Assembly (NCBI GenBank): GCA_964579815.1
Contig: CAZOHP010000002.1
Location: 1 to 39,492, forward strand
Length of the DNA: 39,492 nt
Direction of reading: 5' to 3'
Origin: an uncultured Lachnospiraceae bacterium
Lineage (GTDB): Bacteria > Bacillota > Clostridia > Oscillospirales > CAG-272
Below the pieces are notes generated by a model. That model was not told where the DNA came from and searched no databases. It worked only from the letters and a program-made list of their open reading frames with translations. Positions 34,929 through 39,492 of this stretch are shown here, piece by piece; within the stretch, counting starts at the first letter, position 1, and each line of letters begins with the position of its first letter. A program made the position numbers and the translations under genes.

Positions 34929-34990
34929 GCGGCGTGAGCACGGGCAGTGTGTCCCGGGCACCGAAGGGTGCGAGGCTCACGCCGCTTTTC
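34929..34990 (+). terminator. Intrinsic terminator after ptsH
   Basis: GCGGCGTGAGC (34929-34939) pairs with GCTCACGCCGC (34975-34985) across a large structured loop, followed by TTTTCGTT. Confidence 0.6.
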
Positions 34991-35066
34991 GTTGAAACGA
35001 ATGTATCGTCGGGGCATCCCGCCATCGGTTTTCCCCGACAGATCTAAACCGGGAGGAGGCAACGAT

Positions 35067-36962
35067 ATGAATGAACATATTTCATGCGACGGCGATGCGT
35101 CCGCGGCGGAAATTTGCCGTTTGACTCCCGCGCAATTGCTTGACAAAGCCAATGCGTTGCCGCTTTGTCCCGGCGTTTATATCATGCGCGACCGCGGCGG
35201 CCGAGTTATTTATGTCGGAAAATCACGCAAACTCAAAAATCGCGTGTCGCAATATTTTCAGAATGGCGAAAAAAATGTGAAAACGGCTCGCATGGTCGCA
35301 CAAGTGGCTGATTTTGACTATTTTCTTTGCGAGACCGAAATCGAAGCACTGACGCTGGAAAATGCGCTGATCAAGCAATATTCTCCCAAATATAACATCC
35401 GACTGAAAGACGCCAAGTCGTATCCCTACATCAAGGTGACCGCGGAGGAATATCCGCGCCTTGTCATGACGCGTACACGTGCGGCGGATCGGGGCAAATA
35501 TTTTGGCCCGTACTCGGGAACATCAACGGTGTTTGCCGTGTTGGATACGTTGAAAAAAACGCTTGGATTACCGTCTTGCAAGCATCGCTTTCCCCGAGAT
35601 ATCGGGAAAGTCCGCCCCTGCCTGTATCATCAAATGGGGCGCTGCTGCGGCGTCTGTACGGGGACGGTGACGCGCGAGCAATACGGAGCGCTTGTCGACA
35701 TGGCGATCGATATTTTGAGAGGCCGTACCGCCGAGGTGCGCCGTCAGACCGAGGCACACATGTTGCTTGCGGCGCAGGAAGAGCGATACGAGGCAGCGGC
35801 GCAGTATCGCGACACATTGCGGGCACTGGAGCGCTTGTCCGAACGGCAGAACATGGTCGCCGCCCCCGATACCGAGCAGGACGCGGTGGGGCTGTACAGC
35901 GACGATCTGTGCGCCTGCGTGTCTGTGTTTTACATTCGCGGCGGAGCGGTGACGGACAAGGCGGATTTTTTGTTCGGTCGAGATCAACTGACCGAAACGG
36001 AAGATATCATGGCATTTTTGTGCGAACATTATCGCATTCGCGCGTATATTCCGCATGAAATATTGCTCGGCTTTCCGATGGATGACGAGGATTGTGCGGC
36101 GTTGTCCGAATATCTCAACGGTTTGTCGGATCATCGGGTGTACGTTCGTGTGCCCGAACGCGGCAGGTTGCACACGCTGTGCGGTACGGTCAACGACAAT
36201 GCCCGCGAACGGGCCGAAAAGTATGTGGCAAGTATGGAAAAGGACAATGGGGCACTGCTTCGGTTGGCGCAGTTGTGTCATTTGGAGGACTATCCCGAAA
36301 GGATTGAAGCGTATGATATCTCCAACCTCGGTACCGAACATTTAACGGCGGGGATGATCGTCTGCCGCAACGGGCAGTTTTATCGTGCCGATTATCGTAC
36401 TTTCGGCATCAAGTCGGTCAAAGGAACGACAGATGATTACGCCAGCATGCGCGAAGCGCTTTCACGGCGGCTGGCACATCTGTCCGATGCGGAAGGATCG
36501 TTTGCACAGATGCCGAATCTCATTTTGCTTGACGGCGGCCGCGGACATGTCGGCGTTGTCCGTGCCTTGCTTGACGAGATGGGATTGGATATTCCCGTAT
36601 TCGGCATGGTCAAGGACGATTATCACAAAACCCGAGCACTGTGTACCGATCGGGAGGAGATCAACATTGCGCGCGAGCAACAGGTCTATACGTTGCTTTA
36701 TCGTATTCAAGAAGAAGTGCACCGCTATACCGTTTCTCGCATGGAAAATGCCAAACGGCGAACGCTGCGTACATCGTCACTCGAAAAGATCCCCGGCATC
36801 GGAGCGGTCAAAGCCAAAAAGTTGCTGACAGCGATGGGGGGGCTTGCCGCCATCAAGCAGGCGGACGAAGCGGCCCTTGCCGCCGTACCGGGCATCGGTG
36901 CCCGTGATGCGGCAGCGATCTATGCCTATTTTCACGCAAAGGATGGAGAAGATTCACTATGA
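35067..36962 (+). CDS. uvrC: Excinuclease ABC subunit C (UvrC)
   Basis: GIY-YIG N-terminus (PGVYIMRDRGGRVIYVGKS...YF), UVR domain, and a C-terminal RNase H-like and (HhH)2 region (IPGIGAVKAKKLL). GGGAGGAGG RBS before the ATG at 35067. Confidence 0.93.
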   Translation: MNEHISCDGDASAAEICRLTPAQLLDKANALPLCPGVYIMRDRGGRVIYVGKSRKLKNRVSQYFQNGEKNVKTARMVAQVADFDYFLCETEIEALTLENALIKQYSPKYNIRLKDAKSYPYIKVTAEEYPRLVMTRTRAADRGKYFGPYSGTSTVFAVLDTLKKTLGLPSCKHRFPRDIGKVRPCLYHQMGRCCGVCTGTVTREQYGALVDMAIDILRGRTAEVRRQTEAHMLLAAQEERYEAAAQYRDTLRALERLSERQNMVAAPDTEQDAVGLYSDDLCACVSVFYIRGGAVTDKADFLFGRDQLTETEDIMAFLCEHYRIRAYIPHEILLGFPMDDEDCAALSEYLNGLSDHRVYVRVPERGRLHTLCGTVNDNARERAEKYVASMEKDNGALLRLAQLCHLEDYPERIEAYDISNLGTEHLTAGMIVCRNGQFYRADYRTFGIKSVKGTTDDYASMREALSRRLAHLSDAEGSFAQMPNLILLDGGRGHVGVVRALLDEMGLDIPVFGMVKDDYHKTRALCTDREEINIAREQQVYTLLYRIQEEVHRYTVSRMENAKRRTLRTSSLEKIPGIGAVKAKKLLTAMGGLAAIKQADEAALAAVPGIGARDAAAIYAYFHAKDGEDSL

Positions 36963-37528
36963 TGAGAATTATCACGGGACGTGCGCGCGGCACACGACTG
37001 GATACGCTTGAGGGGGAGACGACTCGTCCGACTTCGGAGCGCGCCAAGGAGGCTGTCTTTTCCGCGTTGCAATTTGAACTGAATGATCGTCGTGTGCTTG
37101 ATCTGTTTGCCGGATCGGGGCAGATGGCGCTGGAAGCAATCAGTCGCGGGGCAAGCGGAGCGGTGTTGGTGGATGCATCACCGCGAGCGGTTGAAGTGAT
37201 CAAGCGGAACGTGGCCAAAACTCATTTTGAAGCCGAATGTACCGTGCTGTGCGCCGACTATGCCGATGCTGTGCGTCGCGTATCGGGGCGGTTCGGGTTG
37301 ATCATTCTCGACCCGCCGTATGTGAAACGTTTGGTTGCGCCTGCACTGCGCGCGTTGCTTGAGGCCGATCGACCGGAAAACGGCGCGCTCATCGTTTGCG
37401 AAAGCGGTGAAAGTAATATATTTGCGGACGATCCCGCGCTTGCCGAACGCTTTGCGGTGCGCAAGTCGGTCAAATACGGGGCAGCTTATGTGACAATCCT
37501 GGAATATTGGGGGGAAAAGCATGAATAA
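36959..37528 (+). CDS. rsmD: 16S rRNA (guanine966-N2)-methyltransferase RsmD
   Basis: RIITG..RG..L......TRPT.....A.F motif at the N-terminus, DLFAGSG, and DPPY. ATGA overlap with the uvrC stop. Confidence 0.9.
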   Translation: MMRIITGRARGTRLDTLEGETTRPTSERAKEAVFSALQFELNDRRVLDLFAGSGQMALEAISRGASGAVLVDASPRAVEVIKRNVAKTHFEAECTVLCADYADAVRRVSGRFGLIILDPPYVKRLVAPALRALLEADRPENGALIVCESGESNIFADDPALAERFAVRKSVKYGAAYVTILEYWGEKHE

Positions 37529-38033
37529 AACGACATTGGCATTGCTGCCGGGCAGTTATGATCCCATCACGTTGGGGCATTTGGATGTGATTCGTCGCGC
37601 GGCGATGCTGTTTGACCGTGTGGTTGTGGCGGTTATGACCAATGATATGAATGCTTATGTCCCGACGGCTAAGAGTAAGCAATATTTGTTTTCGATGGAA
37701 CAGCGAACGGAAATGGCGGCACTTGCCTGCGCGGGGATGTCAAACGTGCGCGTCATCGCAAGTCGTGCCATGTTGATCGAGTTGGTTGACGAATTGGGGG
37801 CGGATATCATCGTCAAGGGAGTTCGCAACGAGGCGGATTTCGCTTACGAGCAACAGCATGCGCGTTGGAATCGTTCGCACAATGCCAAGGCGGAGACGCT
37901 GTATATCCCCGCCGATCCGCAATTTGATACGATCAGTTCAACATTGGTGCGCGAGCGACTGGCAAGAGGGGAGCGGGTGGATGATCTCGTTCATCCCGCC
38001 GTTGCCGAACTGATTGACAGAATGGGGGTGTGA
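37521..38033 (+). CDS. coaD: Phosphopantetheine adenylyltransferase CoaD
   Basis: PGSYDPITLGHLDVI (T/HxGH nucleotidyltransferase motif) and ISSTLVRE. 8-nt overlap with rsmD. Confidence 0.93.
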   Translation: MNKTTLALLPGSYDPITLGHLDVIRRAAMLFDRVVVAVMTNDMNAYVPTAKSKQYLFSMEQRTEMAALACAGMSNVRVIASRAMLIELVDELGADIIVKGVRNEADFAYEQQHARWNRSHNAKAETLYIPADPQFDTISSTLVRERLARGERVDDLVHPAVAELIDRMGV

Positions 38034-38278
38034 GCGGAATGGACGGCAGGCCGACTTTGGATTTTGAAAAATACAAAGCGAAAAAAGCGGTACATACCGC
38101 ACGACCGACCAACTGCGAGAGTTGTGTGTATTACGATTACGATGAGGACAGCGATACCTACGTATGCGGGATGGATTTGGACGAGGATGAGCAGGTCCGT
38201 TTTGTGCAACGGCAAACATGCACATGCCCGTATTATCGTTTCTACGATGAATACAAAAGTGTGCGAAAGCAGAATTGA
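38030..38278 (+). CDS. Small acidic Cys-rich protein (putative zinc-ribbon-like, DUF6472-like)
   Basis: CESC ... C ... CTC cysteine pattern with an Asp/Glu-rich core. GTG start overlaps the coaD stop (GTGA), with an alternative ATG at 38039. Followed by a terminator. Confidence 0.55.
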   Translation: MSGMDGRPTLDFEKYKAKKAVHTARPTNCESCVYYDYDEDSDTYVCGMDLDEDEQVRFVQRQTCTCPYYRFYDEYKSVRKQN

Positions 38279-38281
38279 ATG

Positions 38282-38322
38282 AAAAAGAGCGGCGGATGAT
38301 TCCGCCGCTCTTTATGTTTTTT
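38282..38322. terminator. Bidirectional intrinsic terminator
   Basis: A-run, stem AGAGCGGCGG (38286-38295) / CCGCCGCTCT (38302-38311), then TTATGTTTTTT. Lies between convergent genes. Confidence 0.75.
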
Positions 38323-38328
38323 GAACAA

Positions 38329-38655
38329 TTATTGTCGTCGAGAACCGTGACCTTGATTTTTTCCTTGGTACTGCCGATTGGCCATTAAAAAAATTTGAAT
38401 GTTATCTAAGCGCTTTTTGATGCTTTCCAACTCATCCGCAATTGAATCCGTTCCGATAATATTGATACTGCTGACCCCCAAAAGATAGTCGCAGGTGACG
38501 CCGAAAAAAGCGGCTAACTTGATGATGGCCTCACTGTCGGGGTTGGTTTTTCCGGTTTCGTAATTGGACAGCGTCCGCTGATCGATCCCGGTGGCCGATG
38601 AAACATCCGTTTGACGCAGATCGCGGTCCTCGCGCAATTCTTTGATTTTATTCAT
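38329..38655 (-). CDS. XRE-family helix-turn-helix transcriptional regulator (108 aa)
   Basis: MNKIKELREDRDLRQTDVSSATGIDQRTLSNYETGKTNPD....KLAAFFGVTCDYLLG is a canonical Cro/CI-type HTH. The ORF-track extension to 38955 is rejected. Confidence 0.88.
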   Translation of the reverse strand: MNKIKELREDRDLRQTDVSSATGIDQRTLSNYETGKTNPDSEAIIKLAAFFGVTCDYLLGVSSINIIGTDSIADELESIKKRLDNIQIFLMANRQYQGKNQGHGSRRQ

Positions 38656-38713
38656 TCCGATCGATCCTTTCCTTGATTTCCTAATATTATACCGAAAATT
38701 TTCTATACCCCTA

Positions 38714-38742
38714 TTGACAAACCAATATATCAGTGGTATAAT
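38714..38742 (+). promoter_or_regulatory. Perfect consensus sigma-A promoter for the repeat lipoprotein gene, embedded in palindromic operator-like boxes
   Basis: TTGACA (38714-38719), exactly 17 nt, TATAAT (38737-38742). TATACC/GGTATA boxes at 38688, 38704, 38735 and 38748. Palindrome TACCAA-AATA-TTGGTA at 38750-38765. Confidence 0.65.
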
Positions 38743-38806
38743 ATCGATATACCAAAATATTGGTAAAACAATGCGATAAAGAAATCTAAGGGGGATGACA
38801 TCGGTT

Positions 38807-39492
38807 ATGAGAAAAAAGATGGTAAAAACAGTGGCTTGTTTCCTTGCGCTGATCATGGTGCTGACTATGCTGGCGGCATGCGCGACAGGGCCGCAGGGTG
38901 AGCCGGGTGAGGCGGGCAAGGATGGAAGTTCCGCGTATGAAATCGCTGTCGCCAACGGTTATCAAGGCAGCGAAACCGAATGGCTGGCATCGCTGGTCGG
39001 TGAGGTTGGCGCGACAGGAGCGGCCGGCGTTGACGGAGCAACCGGCCGGTCGGCGTATGAGCTGGCTGTTGCTAATGGTTACAGAGGCAGTGAAACCGAA
39101 TGGCTGACGTCACTGGTCGGCAGAAACGGTTTTGACGGTGCTTCGGGAAAATCCGCCTACGAGTTGGCGGTGGAAAGCGGATTTGAGGGAACACTTTCCG
39201 AGTGGCTGGATTCCTTGGTTGGCAAGGACGGCCGCGATGGGCGTGACGGTTATAATGGTTCTAACGGTTCCGATGGCCGTGACGGCCAATCCGCCTATGA
39301 ACTGGCAGTGGAAAACGGATTTAATGGTTCGTTGACCGAATGGTTGGCATCGCTGGTTGGCAAAGACGGTAGTGCTGTGGCCAAGGGCGACCCGGGGGCA
39401 AACGGAAAGTCGGCCTACGAGTTGGCTGTGGAGAATGGCTATACGGGTGATGTACAATCATGGTTAGCGTCGCTGGTCGGCGCTCAAGGCCC
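38807..39492 (+). CDS. Lipoprotein with alternating collagen-like G-X-Y runs and a conserved 24-aa module (partial; runs off the window)
   Basis: My own translation; this frame is not in the ORF track because it has no stop within the window. Sequence begins MRKKMVKTVACFLALIMVLTMLAAC (lipobox LAAC), then GPQGEPGEAGKDG. Five copies of SAYE(L/I)AV.(N/S)G(Y/F).G....(E/S)WL.SLVG follow, separated by G-X-Y tracts. Confidence 0.8.
   Translation, partial: MRKKMVKTVACFLALIMVLTMLAACATGPQGEPGEAGKDGSSAYEIAVANGYQGSETEWLASLVGEVGATGAAGVDGATGRSAYELAVANGYRGSETEWLTSLVGRNGFDGASGKSAYELAVESGFEGTLSEWLDSLVGKDGRDGRDGYNGSNGSDGRDGQSAYELAVENGFNGSLTEWLASLVGKDGSAVAKGDPGANGKSAYELAVENGYTGDVQSWLASLVGAQG
38930..39481 (+). 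repeat. Coding tandem repeat: a 72-nt conserved module with variable G-X-Y linkers
   Basis: Module copies start at 38930, 39050, 39152, 39290 and 39410 (spacing 120/102/138/120 nt), all in frame with the ATG at 38807. Confidence 0.85.

Noticed and set aside
35568-36341. 257-aa minus-strand ORF inside uvrC
   Set aside because: It is a shadow ORF. The uvrC frame is unambiguous (GIY-YIG, UVR and HhH motifs).
38656-38955. Upstream extension of the XRE ORF to 208 aa
   Set aside because: The extension crosses the promoter/operator region and runs antisense through the lipoprotein signal peptide. The HTH domain begins at the ATG at 38655, which has an AAGGAAAGGA RBS.
39110-39457. 115-aa minus-strand ORF inside the repeat region
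   Set aside because: It is antisense to the in-frame 72-nt coding repeats. Its own periodic sequence simply mirrors the plus-strand repeat, and it has no start context.
38930-39481. Regularly spaced repeats, considered as a possible CRISPR array
   Set aside because: The repeats are 72 nt, imperfect, in frame and encode a conserved peptide module. The so-called spacers encode G-X-Y triplets. No cas genes or leader are present.
1-39492. Search for tRNA, rRNA, transposase, integrase, toxin-antitoxin pairs and prophage structural genes
   Set aside because: I found no cloverleaf-like or rRNA-like sequence, no DDE or tyrosine/serine recombinase motifs, and no small paired ORFs typical of toxin-antitoxin modules. 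Only the XRE/repeat-lipoprotein locus at the right edge hints at a mobile element, and that cannot be judged within this window.

Overview
This is a chromosomal segment that looks like a GC-rich Firmicute (Clostridia-type), judged from gene content, GGAGG ribosome-binding sites (RBS) and TTGACA-17-TATAAT promoters. Most of it is recognisable housekeeping. On the minus strand: rqcH plus a HAD-IIA phosphatase, nnr, a Na/Pi-PhoU transporter, queG-addB-addA, and yajC. On the plus strand: type II pantothenate kinase, htrA followed by an OmpR-type response regulator, a histidine kinase and an rlmA-like gene, rimM-trmD, an O-antigen-ligase-like protein with two DUF4330-like paralogs, ptsH, and uvrC-rsmD-coaD. 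I saw no rRNA, tRNA, CRISPR array, transposase or integrase.

The clearest non-core region is a visibly AT-richer island at about 4.4-8.7 kb, between the pantothenate kinase gene and nnr. It carries an unrecognised two-domain nuclease candidate with a PD-(D/E)xK-like motif, next to a canonical C5-cytosine DNA methyltransferase. It also carries a secreted Tiki/ChaN/PrgY-like domain fused to a polytopic membrane domain, a small membrane-anchored protein, and a heptamer repeat that places stop codons in all six frames. This island is my best candidate for a novel or poorly described system, either defence or signalling.

Secondary candidates:
- A translationally overlapping pair, cytoplasmic beta-helix protein plus metallo-beta-lactamase (MBL) hydrolase, downstream of addAB.
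- An XRE repressor divergent from a modular lipoprotein with collagen-like repeats, which is cut off by the window end.
- An envelope module translationally coupled to trmD.

All functional calls rest on motif recognition by eye. No database search was run.
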